Below, in pieces: positions 25,983-35,269 of a stretch of 45,132 nt of DNA. The notes beneath the pieces are model-generated. The model did no database searches, was not told where the DNA came from, and saw nothing but the letters and a program-made list of their open reading frames with translations. Source of the stretch: an uncultured Burkholderiales bacterium (GTDB lineage Bacteria > Actinomycetota > Acidimicrobiia > IMCC26256 > JAOSJL01); NCBI GenBank assembly GCA_964424125.1, contig CAYRHS010000003.1, positions 1-45,132 of the forward strand, written 5' to 3'. Both the position numbers and the translations under genes were made by a program. Numbering within the stretch: position 1 is the first letter of the stretch; every line of letters begins with the position of its first letter.

Positions 25983-26022
25983 TCAGGGCGCGAGGCGGGG
26001 CGCGCCCCCGCAGAGGACTCGC

Positions 26023-26712
26023 TCAGGTCTCCCCTTCGGCCTCCAACCGGATCTGGCGGCTCACCGCCCGCTGGAGCGCGAAGAACGCGATCGGGATGAG
26101 CACCCAGCAGTGCATCGCGAGCGAGGGGTCCCAGAACGCGACCGCGATGGAGGCCCCGAACACGGTGGGGATGACGAAGCCCCGGAGACGGAAGTAGCGG
26201 ACCAGGCGGGGGTCGAGCTGCGGGTCGATCAAGCGGTGGCGGTGCGACGCGTACCACCACATCAGGCTGATGGCGGTCGACGAGATCCACACCGTCGAGG
26301 CGTACAGGATCCAAGCCCGCGTGGCGACGGCGCCACCGTCGGTGGCGAGCCAGTGGCCGCCGCTGTAGTCGCCGAAGACCTTGGTGGGGAAGGGCAGGAA
26401 GCACACCGCGGCCAGGAAGGCGAGGTTGAGCCAGACGAGCCCTTGGTCCTGGCGCTCGATGAAGTTGAACAGGCGGTGGTGGAGGATCCAGTAGAGCCCG
26501 ATGATGGCGAAGCTGAGCAGGAAGATCGGGATCGAAGCGAGCTCCTCCCGGAACAGCTTCAAGAACTCCGACTCCGACTGCAGGTGGGCGGGGATGTCGA
26601 ACTGGAGGGCCAGGATCGTGATCGCGACGGCGAAGACGCCGTCGCTGAAGGCCACGAGCCGGTCGAGCTCGGCGGTTCGCTCCCGGAGCAGGTCGTGGAA
26701 GGGATGGGGCAT
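26023..26712 (-). CDS. TMEM175/DUF1211 family potassium-channel-like membrane protein
   Basis: RLVAFSDGVFAVAITILAL signature helix and six predicted TM segments. ATG at 26712. Confidence 0.82.
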   Translation of the reverse strand: MPHPFHDLLRERTAELDRLVAFSDGVFAVAITILALQFDIPAHLQSESEFLKLFREELASIPIFLLSFAIIGLYWILHHRLFNFIERQDQGLVWLNLAFLAAVCFLPFPTKVFGDYSGGHWLATDGGAVATRAWILYASTVWISSTAISLMWWYASHRHRLIDPQLDPRLVRYFRLRGFVIPTVFGASIAVAFWDPSLAMHCWVLIPIAFFALQRAVSRQIRLEAEGET

Positions 26713-26893
26713 CGGCCACCTCCGCCCCGATCGTGGCGCGTCCCGGGGGCCGGGTGGGTGACCGTCCCCGTTCCCGAGATCCGCGTAGCTGTCACACCCG
26801 GCCCGTACGGTGGGAAGAGCCCTGGGGGGAGACCGCCGGCGGCGGCTGGTGAGGACGGTTCGAGGGGAACGGTTCGAGGAGAACGGGACGACC

Positions 26894-28108
26894 ATGGGGA
26901 CCACCACGATGCTGGTGATCGGGATCGCGTTGCTGCTCGCGGTGGCGATCGGCGGGGGAGCGGCCTGGCTGCTCACCGAACGACGGCGGGACACGACACA
27001 GGCCGCCGACCTCGTCGCCGAGCTGCGGCGAATCGTCGCCGATCAGCAGGAGGAGCTGCAGCGGCTCCGCGAGGACTCGCTGACAGGCGCGATCGAACAG
27101 CTCGCCGCGGTCAACCGCGCGCAGTTCTCCGCCCAGCACGAGCACGGCAGCGCCGCGCTCGAGGCCCGCAAGGAGCTGATCGACGGGCAGCTGGGGGACA
27201 TGCGGGAGGAGCTGGGTCGGATGACCGACCTGGTGCAGGCCCTCGAGCGCGATCGCGAGCACAAGTTCGGCGAGATCGGCCAGCTCCTCGAGGTCCAGCG
27301 CAAACGGCTCGGCGAGCTGGCGGACTCGACCGAGAGCCTGCGGCGCACGCTGTCGGGGCCGAAGAGCAGGGGCCAATGGGGCGAACGCATGGCCGACGAC
27401 GTCCTCCGGCACGCGGGGTTCCTCGACGGGGTGAACTACGTGAAGCAACGCCAGATCGCCTCGGGCGAGGTGCCCGACTTCACGTTCCTGTTGCCCAACG
27501 ACCTGTACCTGCACATGGACGTGAAGTTCCCGTTCGACAACCTCCGGCGGGCGGTCGAGACGGAGTCCGAGCTCGAGGCGCGCAAGTACCGCGACGCGTT
27601 CCGCTCCGACGTCCGCGAGCGCGTGAAGGAGCTCGCGCGACGGGGCTACGTCGACGCGACCGAGACGGTCGATTGTGTGCTGCTCTTCATCCCGAGCGAC
27701 GAGCTCTACGCCTACGTGCAACAGATCGACGGCGATCTCGTCGACCAGGCGCTCGCGCAACGGATCGTCCTGTGCTCACCGCTCACGCTCTTCCCCGTGC
27801 TCGCGATCGTGCGCCAGGCCGTCGACACCTTCCGGCTGAGTCGCACGTCCGACGAGATCCTCCGGCGGCTCGCGGCGTTCTCCGACCAGTGGCAGCGCTT
27901 CGTCGACCACATGGAGAAGGTCGGCCGCAGCGTCGACCGGGTGGGCAAGGACTTCGAGGCGCTGTTGGGAACGCGCCGGCGACTGCTCGATCGCGAGCTG
28001 GACCGCATCGAGATCCTGCGGCGAGAGCGCATCGAGCGCGGGACCGATGACGCCCCGACGGCGACCGTCGGTGGGAGCGAGGATCCGCCGCTCGCCCTGG
28101 AGGCCTGA
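26894..28108 (+). CDS. rmuC: DNA recombination protein RmuC
   Basis: N-terminal TM helix, a long coiled-coil, then a conserved nuclease-like core (GQWGERMADDVL...PDFTFLLPNDLYLHMDVKFP...VLLFIPSDELY). The start could be 26894, 26909 or GTG 26810. Confidence 0.9.
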   Translation: MGTTTMLVIGIALLLAVAIGGGAAWLLTERRRDTTQAADLVAELRRIVADQQEELQRLREDSLTGAIEQLAAVNRAQFSAQHEHGSAALEARKELIDGQLGDMREELGRMTDLVQALERDREHKFGEIGQLLEVQRKRLGELADSTESLRRTLSGPKSRGQWGERMADDVLRHAGFLDGVNYVKQRQIASGEVPDFTFLLPNDLYLHMDVKFPFDNLRRAVETESELEARKYRDAFRSDVRERVKELARRGYVDATETVDCVLLFIPSDELYAYVQQIDGDLVDQALAQRIVLCSPLTLFPVLAIVRQAVDTFRLSRTSDEILRRLAAFSDQWQRFVDHMEKVGRSVDRVGKDFEALLGTRRRLLDRELDRIEILRRERIERGTDDAPTATVGGSEDPPLALEA

Positions 28109-28110
28109 CC

Positions 28111-28130
28111 AGCCCGTTTTTTCCCGGGCT
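28111..28130 (+). terminator. possible hairpin downstream of rmuC
   Basis: AGCCCG-TTTTTTCC-CGGGCT forms a 6-bp stem 2 nt after the rmuC stop. The T-run is in the loop rather than trailing, so this is weak as an intrinsic terminator. Confidence 0.25.
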
Positions 28131-28166
28131 TGCCGTGCCCCGCAGTCAGGAGTAGCACGGCGCGTC

Positions 28167-28604
28167 GTGAGCGAGCGTTTCGAGTTCGACTTCGACCCCC
28201 GCTACATCCCGTTCCTGAGCGTGCTCGGCATCACGCCTCAGACCGCGCACGTCGACCTGACCGACAAGCGCCTGATCGCCCGCTTCGGCCCGTGGCGCTT
28301 CGAGACCGCGATCGAGAACATCAAGGGCGTCTACATCACCGGTCCGTACCTGTGGTTCAAGGCGATCGGTGCCCGCGGCTCGTTCGCCGATCGGGGGCTC
28401 ACGTTCGGATCCACGACGCGGGGTGGGGTGTGTCTCGTGCTCCGCGAGCCGACGCCGGGCATCGAGCCCACGGGCCGCTTCCGTCATCCCGGGGTCACGC
28501 TCACGGTGCGGGATCGCAAGCGCTTCGCCGACGCGTTGCTCGCCCGGATGTCCGAGGTCAGCCCGCTCCACGCGCCCGACGACGCGCCCGCCCCCGCGCG
28601 CTGA
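28167..28604 (+). CDS. hypothetical protein
   Basis: 145 aa from GTG 28167 (VSERFEFDFDPRYIPFLSVLGITPQTAHVDL...) with good GC3. No motif recognised. Confidence 0.6.
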   Translation: MSERFEFDFDPRYIPFLSVLGITPQTAHVDLTDKRLIARFGPWRFETAIENIKGVYITGPYLWFKAIGARGSFADRGLTFGSTTRGGVCLVLREPTPGIEPTGRFRHPGVTLTVRDRKRFADALLARMSEVSPLHAPDDAPAPAR

Positions 28605-28623
28605 CGAGACGGTTGCCCGCGGC

Positions 28624-29577
28624 TCAGCGGCGCAGCATGCGCGCCCGCTCGAGCAGGTTGTGCAGGGCGGAGCGCTCGCGTCGCTCGCGCTTGTGTCGTT
28701 CGCGCTCCCATTCGTACTCGGCGACCTCGAGCACGTTGGTCATCACCTCACCGAACGCGTCGGGGTCCGCGAGCAACCATGCGTGGCTTCCTTCGATCAC
28801 CTCGACGTCTGATCCGGCCGCTTCGACGAGCGCGTCGAGTGATGCGACCGGCAGGATCTTGTCCTCGGCGCCCCAGAGCACGACGATGGGCAACCCTCGG
28901 TCCTTGAGCACGGCGAGCTCCTCGCGGAGATCGGCGGTTCGTGCGAGCCGGCTCGCGCGGAAGAAGGCCCGCGGGTTGCGGAAGAGGTTGCGCGTCACGT
29001 CGGTTGCGATGACCGGAAGCGCGGCCTGCACGACCTTGCGCTTGGCGACGTCGAAGGGCAGGTGGGCTCCCCAGTGCCACAGTGGCCGTTCCGCGAGGTG
29101 GCGTTCGGCCTCCTCGTCGTCGATGCCCGCCTCCTGCCAGATCCCCCCGCCGATGGAGTTGATGAGCACGAGCAGGCGCACGTGGTCGGGATGGTCGTAG
29201 GCGGCCCGGATGGCGACCCCGCCCCCGAACGAATGGCCGACGAGCGGTACGGGCTCCTGGATGCCGACCGCAGTGAGGAACGCCCGGACCCAGCCGGCAT
29301 AGCCGGGAATCGTCGATTCAGAGGCCGGGAGCGGAGCGGTGTCGCCGAACCCGGGGAGCGACGGTGCCAGGACGCGCAGGCCCCGCTGGACGAGGCGCCG
29401 CAGCGCACGTTTGTAGGTTCGGTCGCGCAGTCCGAACCCGTGCAGGAACACGACGGGGAGGCCGGTGCCCGCCTCTCCGTAGCCGGCGCGCCGCCCCTGG
29501 ACCTCGATCCGCTTCCACTCGAGATGCCAGGCAGAGAAGTCGTCGGGCTCGGCTTCGGTCTGCCGCGCGGCGCTCAT
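28624..29577 (-). CDS. alpha/beta hydrolase
   Basis: VVFLHGFG oxyanion region, GHSFGG nucleophile elbow, and a C-terminal HAWLLADP catalytic His context. Highly charged C-terminal tail. Confidence 0.85.
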   Translation of the reverse strand: MSAARQTEAEPDDFSAWHLEWKRIEVQGRRAGYGEAGTGLPVVFLHGFGLRDRTYKRALRRLVQRGLRVLAPSLPGFGDTAPLPASESTIPGYAGWVRAFLTAVGIQEPVPLVGHSFGGGVAIRAAYDHPDHVRLLVLINSIGGGIWQEAGIDDEEAERHLAERPLWHWGAHLPFDVAKRKVVQAALPVIATDVTRNLFRNPRAFFRASRLARTADLREELAVLKDRGLPIVVLWGAEDKILPVASLDALVEAAGSDVEVIEGSHAWLLADPDAFGEVMTNVLEVAEYEWERERHKRERRERSALHNLLERARMLRR

Positions 29578-29590
29578 GGCGCTCGGGAGC

Positions 29591-30280
29591 CTAGATGGAG
29601 GGGGAGTCGTTGCCCGAGCCCTGGGCCGGGACGGGGAGCGCGGCGCTGATCGTGCGCTGCACGTCGTCGGCACTCCACCCCTCGGCAACCCCGGTCTGGG
29701 CCATCAGGTAGCGGGTGATGGTCTCGGGGTCGAGCCCCCATCCCTCGGCCAGGCCCGTCGCCACGAGGGTGAGGTAGGCGGGGGACGGGGCCGCGGGCGC
29801 AGGTGGGTCCGGAGTGGTGCAGGTCGCGATCGGGTAGCCGTCACGCTTCCCGACGAGCAGCACTTCGTCGTAGTGGCCGTCGTCGACGCGGGCGCGGCCC
29901 TGTTCGAGAAGTGCGTCGAGGTCGACGGGAGTCGTGGGCGGGTCGCTCGAGACCGCACGATGGCTCTCCTGTGCGACGATGTCCTCGAACTGCCCGGTGG
30001 TGAGCAACCACGCGCGCGCGAGGGTCGGCTCGTGCGAGTGATCGCGCTCGAGGTAGGCGACGCCGAAGTGGTCCCACGCGCGCGAGGCCCCGGCGAAGCG
30101 GAGGCGGTGCGGCAACTCCACGGCCACGTCCGCGGCTGGCGGCGTGCGGTCGCGTGCGCCCGGGCGTCGCCGGGTACCGCCCGGCGGTGTCGTGCCCTCC
30201 AGGTACGACGCGAGGCCGACGGCCGCCATGTTCGAGCCGTAGGCCGCGTACCAGACGTGCGAGCAGGTCGGAGCGCCCAC
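29591..30280 (-). CDS. gamma-glutamylcyclotransferase-like (AIG2/GGCT fold) protein
   Basis: The N-terminal WYAAYGSNM motif resembles YxxYGSN of the GGCT fold. GTG 30280 lies 2 nt after the msrB stop. Confidence 0.55.
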   Translation of the reverse strand: MGAPTCSHVWYAAYGSNMAAVGLASYLEGTTPPGGTRRRPGARDRTPPAADVAVELPHRLRFAGASRAWDHFGVAYLERDHSHEPTLARAWLLTTGQFEDIVAQESHRAVSSDPPTTPVDLDALLEQGRARVDDGHYDEVLLVGKRDGYPIATCTTPDPPAPAAPSPAYLTLVATGLAEGWGLDPETITRYLMAQTGVAEGWSADDVQRTISAALPVPAQGSGNDSPSI

Positions 30281-30282
30281 GG

Positions 30283-30690
30283 TCAGTCCGCGTCCTCCCG
30301 GGGCACGTGCTGCATCGCCACCGAGTTCATGCAGTACCGCTCGCCCGTGGGCTGCGGCCCGTCGGGGAACACGTGGCCCAGGTGCGCGCCACAGCGGCGG
30401 CAGCGGACCTCGGTCCGGACCATCCCGTACGAGCGGTCGGTCTCGAGGACCAGAACCTCCTCGTCGATCGGCTGGAAGAAGCTCGGCCAGCCCGTGCTGG
30501 AGTCGTACTTGGCGTCGGAAGTGAACAGCGGCGTGTCGCAGCCCACACAGTGGTAGGTCCCGGGCTCCTTGTTGTCCCAGTGCTCACCCGTGAACGCAGG
30601 CTCGGTGCCGCCCCGGCGCGTGACGGCGAACTGCTCGGGCGTGAGCCGCTCGCGCCATTCCTCTTCGGTCGTGGGAAGCTCGTCGGCCAT
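30283..30690 (-). CDS. msrB: peptide-methionine (R)-S-oxide reductase
   Basis: Zinc CxxC pairs (CVGC, CRRC), GWPSF, and the catalytic RYCMNS motif. Confidence 0.96.
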   Translation of the reverse strand: MADELPTTEEEWRERLTPEQFAVTRRGGTEPAFTGEHWDNKEPGTYHCVGCDTPLFTSDAKYDSSTGWPSFFQPIDEEVLVLETDRSYGMVRTEVRCRRCGAHLGHVFPDGPQPTGERYCMNSVAMQHVPREDAD

Positions 30691-30830
30691 CGATCGCCTC
30701 CAGGTCGCCGATCTCACGCTATCGGTACGGGCCGATGCCGGAGTGCGCGGGTCGTGACATAACCTGGAGTTTGCCGACCGTCGTCTCCGGGGGGGTGCCA
30801 GGGCCGACGACGGGGCCGAGAAAGGAAGCA

Positions 30831-31928
30831 GTGCAGCCAAGCGACCGTCGCCGGACATCACCCTCTCGGCGGTTCGCATTTCCCCGCAGGCCGTTCCTTT
30901 CGTCGCTCCGGATCGTCGCTCTGATCGCCGCGATCTCGCTCGGCGCGGCGGCATGTACGGATGGTGACACCGGGGACGTGTCGGAATCGTCCGATCCGCC
31001 CGATGCCGTCGTCCCGCTGATCCAGCTCCTGGAGTCCGGTGCCACCACGACGTACCAGGCCGCGTACCAGGTCGAGCATCCTGAGGTGACGCCGGAGTCG
31101 TCGGGCACGACCGTGGAGGAGATCGCCCTCGACACCAAGGAGCTGGGAATCGAGACCGAGGACGCCGACCTCGTCGTCTCCCACGAGCCCGACCAGGTCC
31201 GTGTCGACTTCGTCCGCCTGGACAGCACCACGGCGCTCCTCGACGTCGAGGGCGGCCAGTTCTCCTGCGACACCGGATCCGTGCAGCCGCAATGCGAGGA
31301 GGTCGCGCCCGAGGAGCTCGACCAGGAGTCCCGGCCGGTCGCGGCATTCCTCCCCGAGCGAGCCGCGACGATCCTCTCCGAGGAACAGGACTGGCGGGGC
31401 GCGAAGATCCAGCGCGCCGCGCTCGAGGAAGACATCGGGGGACAGCCCTCCGACTGCGTACATGTCGAGGGCGTTCCCCCCGCACTGCTCGGCGACACGG
31501 ATGTCGACGTGTGGGATCTGTGCGTGACCGTCGACGGTTCGCTCTCGCGGTTCGACGCGGGCGACAACAAAGCGGAGCTCGTCGAGTACCGATCCGGCGT
31601 GCCGAGCGATCTCCTGCTCGTGCCCGAGCAGCCCGACCGCAGCGAGGATCCCGTTCTCGCGGTGGCCCAGGAGATCGACGAGCGGATCCGCTCGCGCGCG
31701 TCGCTCGAGGGCGAGAGCCAGAACCCTCGCCGGATCCGGTACGTCGAGCAGGTCGAAGCGGTGAACCTGGCCGTCGCGCTCGAGCCGTCGACGGACTTCG
31801 AGAACGACGGCCAGCTGACCGTCGTCACCGGCCGAGGTCAGGCGTGCCTGGTCGTCGCCGCGAGTGCCGACAGCCCTGGTGAGGTCAGCCGGGGGCCGTG
31901 CGTGCAGCCCCAGCCCGCCGGCGGCTGA
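30831..31928 (+). CDS. acidic lipoprotein of unknown function
   Basis: Signal peptide with lipobox ISLGAAAC and a Cys-containing acidic mature domain. GTG at 30831, with an alternative ATG at 30735. Confidence 0.65.
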   Translation: MQPSDRRRTSPSRRFAFPRRPFLSSLRIVALIAAISLGAAACTDGDTGDVSESSDPPDAVVPLIQLLESGATTTYQAAYQVEHPEVTPESSGTTVEEIALDTKELGIETEDADLVVSHEPDQVRVDFVRLDSTTALLDVEGGQFSCDTGSVQPQCEEVAPEELDQESRPVAAFLPERAATILSEEQDWRGAKIQRAALEEDIGGQPSDCVHVEGVPPALLGDTDVDVWDLCVTVDGSLSRFDAGDNKAELVEYRSGVPSDLLLVPEQPDRSEDPVLAVAQEIDERIRSRASLEGESQNPRRIRYVEQVEAVNLAVALEPSTDFENDGQLTVVTGRGQACLVVAASADSPGEVSRGPCVQPQPAGG

Positions 31929-31952
31929 GCGTTCCGGAGCCCCCGCGGCCGC

Positions 31953-32483
31953 TCAGAAGAGCGTCGCCGTTCCCCGCAGCGCCGGGACCAGCCGGGCGAC
32001 CAGCGTGTCGATCTCCCGTGCACACGCCCGGTAGGTGTCGAGGTCGGCGCCGGCGGGGTCGGCCACGTCCTCCCAGGGCTCGAGGGGGACCGTCTCGAGC
32101 GCCAGCATCGAGACTCGCTCCCCGAGCGGGGCCGTGCTCGGTGGGAGGTCGCGACTGAGGCGACGCAACGTCGCGGTCCGCCGAGCACGCCTCGGGGCGT
32201 GGCGGCGCACGAACTGGACGTGCTCGCGCGCGAGGCCCACGACGACGTCGACCTCCGCGAGGGCCTCGTCCCGCAGCTGGGTCGAGCGATGTGTCACCAC
32301 CGGGACGCCGATCTCGCGCAGCGCCTGGCGAACGTGGCGCCCGGCGGGCATGCCCTCGACGACGTGGGTCCCGGCCGAGCACACCGTGATCTCCGGCGCG
32401 TAGCGGCCGAGCAGTGCCGAGGCCATGACGGAGCGGGCGGCGTTCCCCGTGCAGACGAAGAGAATCCGGGTCGGGCGGTGCAT
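31953..32483 (-). CDS. low-molecular-weight phosphotyrosine protein phosphatase family protein
   Basis: ILFVCTGNAARS P-loop (CX5R-S) at the N-terminus and a DP motif near the C-terminus. Confidence 0.85.
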   Translation of the reverse strand: MHRPTRILFVCTGNAARSVMASALLGRYAPEITVCSAGTHVVEGMPAGRHVRQALREIGVPVVTHRSTQLRDEALAEVDVVVGLAREHVQFVRRHAPRRARRTATLRRLSRDLPPSTAPLGERVSMLALETVPLEPWEDVADPAGADLDTYRACAREIDTLVARLVPALRGTATLF

Positions 32484-32518
32484 GGTGACCGGTGGAGGCT
32501 GCCACGTAGGCTCGGTCC

Positions 32519-34321
32519 ATGGCCACCACCGAGCTCTCCGACGACCAACGCGCGACCGACGTCGCCTGGGACCTCGACCCCCTGGTCGACGGGCGCGAAG
32601 CGGCCGGCGTCGAGACACTCCTCGACGACGCCGACCGGCTGGCCGCGTTGCTCGCCCGGTCCAAGGGCACCGTCGCCGGCATGGACGCCGCCGCGCTCGC
32701 CTCGTTCATGACCGCGATGGGGGAGCTCGAGGAGCTCGTCGGGCGCGCCGGTTCCTACGCCAGCCTCGCCTACAGCGTCGACACGACCGATCCCGCCGCG
32801 GGCGCCTTGCTCCAGCAGGTGGAGGAGCGGGGCACCGCGATCCACAACCAGCTCGTGTTCTTCGAGCTCGAATGGGCCGAGTTGCCCGACAAACGTGTCG
32901 ACGAGCTCCTCGCCGACGAGCGCCTCGCGTTCTGCCGGCACCACCTCCGCACGGCCCGCCGCTACCGGCCGCATCTCCTCAGCGAGCCCGAGGAGATCGT
33001 GATGGCGGAGAAGGCGGTCACGGGCCGCAGCGCCTGGGCGCGGCTCTTCGACGAGCTCACGTCGGCGATCGCGGTCGACCTCGACAGCCAACAGGTCTCG
33101 CTCGAGGAAGGTCTGTCGCGTCTCGCCGCTCCCGATCGCGAAGTACGCCGCCGGGCCGCCGAGGCGGTGACCGCGGGTCTCGCTCCCGGACTGCGCACCC
33201 GCGCGTTCGTCTACAACACGCTCCTCGCGGACAAGGCGACCGACGATCGGTTGCGCAAGTTCGGTTCGTGGATCGGCAGCCGCAACCTCGCGAACGAGGC
33301 GAGCGACGAGTCGGTCGAAGCGCTCGTCGCGGCCGTGCGGCGCCGCTACGACATTCCGCAACGCTGGTACCTGCTGAAGGCCCGGCTGCTGGGCCTCGAT
33401 CGCCTCGCCGACTACGACCGGATGGCGTCGGTGGCGAGCGAGGACGCGACGTTCGGTTGGTCCGAGGCCCGAGGCCTCGTCCTCGACTCGTACGAGTCCT
33501 TCTCGGACGAGATGGCCGACGTCGCCCGTCGCTTCTTCGACGAGCGCTGGATCGACGCGCCGGTGCGCCCGGGGAAGCGACCGGGCGCCTTCTGCGCTTA
33601 TACGGTCCCGTCGCAGCATCCCTACGTGCTCTTGAACTGGACGGCTCGTCGGCGCGACGTGCTCACGTTGGCTCACGAGCTCGGCCACGGCGTGCATGCC
33701 TACCTGGCGCGGCCGCAGGGGGTCTTCCACCAGTCCACTCCGCTCACTCTCGCCGAGACCGCGTCGGTGTTCGGCGAGACGGTGACCTTCGGTCGGCTCC
33801 TCGAGCGCACCGAGGACCCCAACGCGCGGCTCGCTCTCCTGGCGGAGAGCCTCGAGGGGCAGATCGCGACCGTCTTCCGGCAGATCGCGATGAACCGATT
33901 CGAGGACGCGGCCCACACCGTCCGACGCGAGGAAGGTGAGCTCAGCACCGACCGGTTCGCGGAGCTGTGGACCGACACGCAGCGAGAGATGTTGGGCGAC
34001 ACGGTGGAGATCACCGACGGCTACCGCACCTGGTGGTCCTACATCCCGCACTTCATCGGTACCCCGGGCTACGTGTACGCGTACGCGTACGGGCAGCTCT
34101 TGGCGCTCGCCGTGTACCGGCGTTACGAGACCGAGGGCGACGCGTTCGTCCCCCGGTACCTGGAGCTGCTGGCTGCCGGTGGCTCGCGCAGCCCCGAGGA
34201 GCTGGGGAGCATCGTCGGGGTCGACCTGGCCGACCCGGGGTTCTGGGACGGCGGGCTGGAGGTCGTGGACCGGCAGCTCGAGGCGGCCGAAGAGGCCGCA
34301 CGCCTCGCCGGGCGCTCGTAG
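32519..34321 (+). CDS. pepF: oligoendopeptidase F (M3B family)
   Basis: 600 aa with the HELGH zinc motif in AHELGHGVHAYLA, and a downstream ETASVFGE Glu ligand context. Confidence 0.88.
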   Translation: MATTELSDDQRATDVAWDLDPLVDGREAAGVETLLDDADRLAALLARSKGTVAGMDAAALASFMTAMGELEELVGRAGSYASLAYSVDTTDPAAGALLQQVEERGTAIHNQLVFFELEWAELPDKRVDELLADERLAFCRHHLRTARRYRPHLLSEPEEIVMAEKAVTGRSAWARLFDELTSAIAVDLDSQQVSLEEGLSRLAAPDREVRRRAAEAVTAGLAPGLRTRAFVYNTLLADKATDDRLRKFGSWIGSRNLANEASDESVEALVAAVRRRYDIPQRWYLLKARLLGLDRLADYDRMASVASEDATFGWSEARGLVLDSYESFSDEMADVARRFFDERWIDAPVRPGKRPGAFCAYTVPSQHPYVLLNWTARRRDVLTLAHELGHGVHAYLARPQGVFHQSTPLTLAETASVFGETVTFGRLLERTEDPNARLALLAESLEGQIATVFRQIAMNRFEDAAHTVRREEGELSTDRFAELWTDTQREMLGDTVEITDGYRTWWSYIPHFIGTPGYVYAYAYGQLLALAVYRRYETEGDAFVPRYLELLAAGGSRSPEELGSIVGVDLADPGFWDGGLEVVDRQLEAAEEAARLAGRS

Positions 34322-34343
34322 CGGCGAGGCGGAGCCCGTAGAC

Positions 34344-35210
34344 GTGGTCGAGAACTGGGAACGCCGGGGCCGGCACCGCTCCTTTCACGGCCACGACGTG
34401 TTCGTGATGGATGTGGCGGCCGAGCGCGACGAACACGAGCCCGTGTTCGTGCTGCACGGCTTCCCGTCGTGCTCCTTCGACTGGCGTCATGTGCTCCCCG
34501 TGCTGCGCGCCCGTCGACGGGTGGTGCTCTTCGACTTCCTCGGCCACGGTCTGTCGGCCAAGCCCGACCAGCCCTACTCGCTGTTCGAGCAGGCGGACCT
34601 CGCGGTCGCGGTCGCCGAGGAGCTCGGGCTCCGGGCCTTCGCCCTCGTGACCCACGACATGGGTGACTCGGTCGGCGGTGAGCTGCTCGCGCGTGACCTC
34701 GACGGGCGGCTGCCGTTCGAGGTCACGCGGCGTGTGCTGGCGAACGGCAGCATCTACATCGACCGCGCGCGGCTCTCGGACGGTCAGCAGTTCCTGCTCG
34801 CGCTGCCGGACGAACGGCTCGACCCGGCCGACGACCCGGGTGAGGAGGTCTTCCGGCAGGGCTGGGGCGCCACGTTCGGGCCCGACACGCCCGCTCCCGA
34901 CGAGGAGCTCGCCGCGCAATGGAAGCTGCTCGCCCGCGACGGCGGGCAGCTGGTCCTGCCGCGGATCATTCGCTATATCGAGGAGCGCAGGCTCCACGAA
35001 CGCCGCTGGACCGGGGCGATCGAGCGCCATCCCTCACCGCTCACGATCGTCTGGGGGGACTCGGATCCGATCGCCGTCTTCGAGATGGCGGAGCACCTCA
35101 GCGGCGTCCGTCCGGATGCCGAGCTCGTGCGCCTCGGGCGAGTCGGGCACTATCCGATGATCGAGGCGCCCGACGCCTTCGCCGGTGCAGTTCTCGACGC
35201 GCTCGATTGA
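34344..35210 (+). CDS. alpha/beta hydrolase (MEST/epoxide-hydrolase-like)
   Basis: VFVLHGFPSCSFDWRHV and THDMGDSVG motifs, with a C-terminal GHYPMIEAP. GTG at 34344. Confidence 0.8.
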   Translation: MVENWERRGRHRSFHGHDVFVMDVAAERDEHEPVFVLHGFPSCSFDWRHVLPVLRARRRVVLFDFLGHGLSAKPDQPYSLFEQADLAVAVAEELGLRAFALVTHDMGDSVGGELLARDLDGRLPFEVTRRVLANGSIYIDRARLSDGQQFLLALPDERLDPADDPGEEVFRQGWGATFGPDTPAPDEELAAQWKLLARDGGQLVLPRIIRYIEERRLHERRWTGAIERHPSPLTIVWGDSDPIAVFEMAEHLSGVRPDAELVRLGRVGHYPMIEAPDAFAGAVLDALD

Positions 35211-35269
35211 GTACGCCCGGGCGTGTCGCCTGACTCGACCGGATTGACTCGGTCCGGTACAACGGCGCG

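Noticed and set aside
25997-26008. GC palindromes GGGGCGCGCCCC (25997-26008) and ACGCCCGGGCGT (35213-35224) between genes, as possible terminators
   Set aside because: They are perfect palindromes with no loop and no U-tract, so only 4-bp stems could form. This is too weak to call.
26810-26893. GTG 26810 as the rmuC start
   Set aside because: RmuC proteins normally begin at the TM helix. The extension is Arg/Gly-rich and coincides with the tandem DNA repeats. It is kept as an alternative only.
25879-28050. 723-aa plus-strand ORF covering the TMEM175-like gene and rmuC
   Set aside because: It is off-frame or antisense to two recognisable genes and has an extreme Arg/Pro/Gly content. The same reasoning applies to 40743-42542, 42524-44011, 19913-21499, 21566-23077, 32294-34051 and many shorter ORFs in the track.
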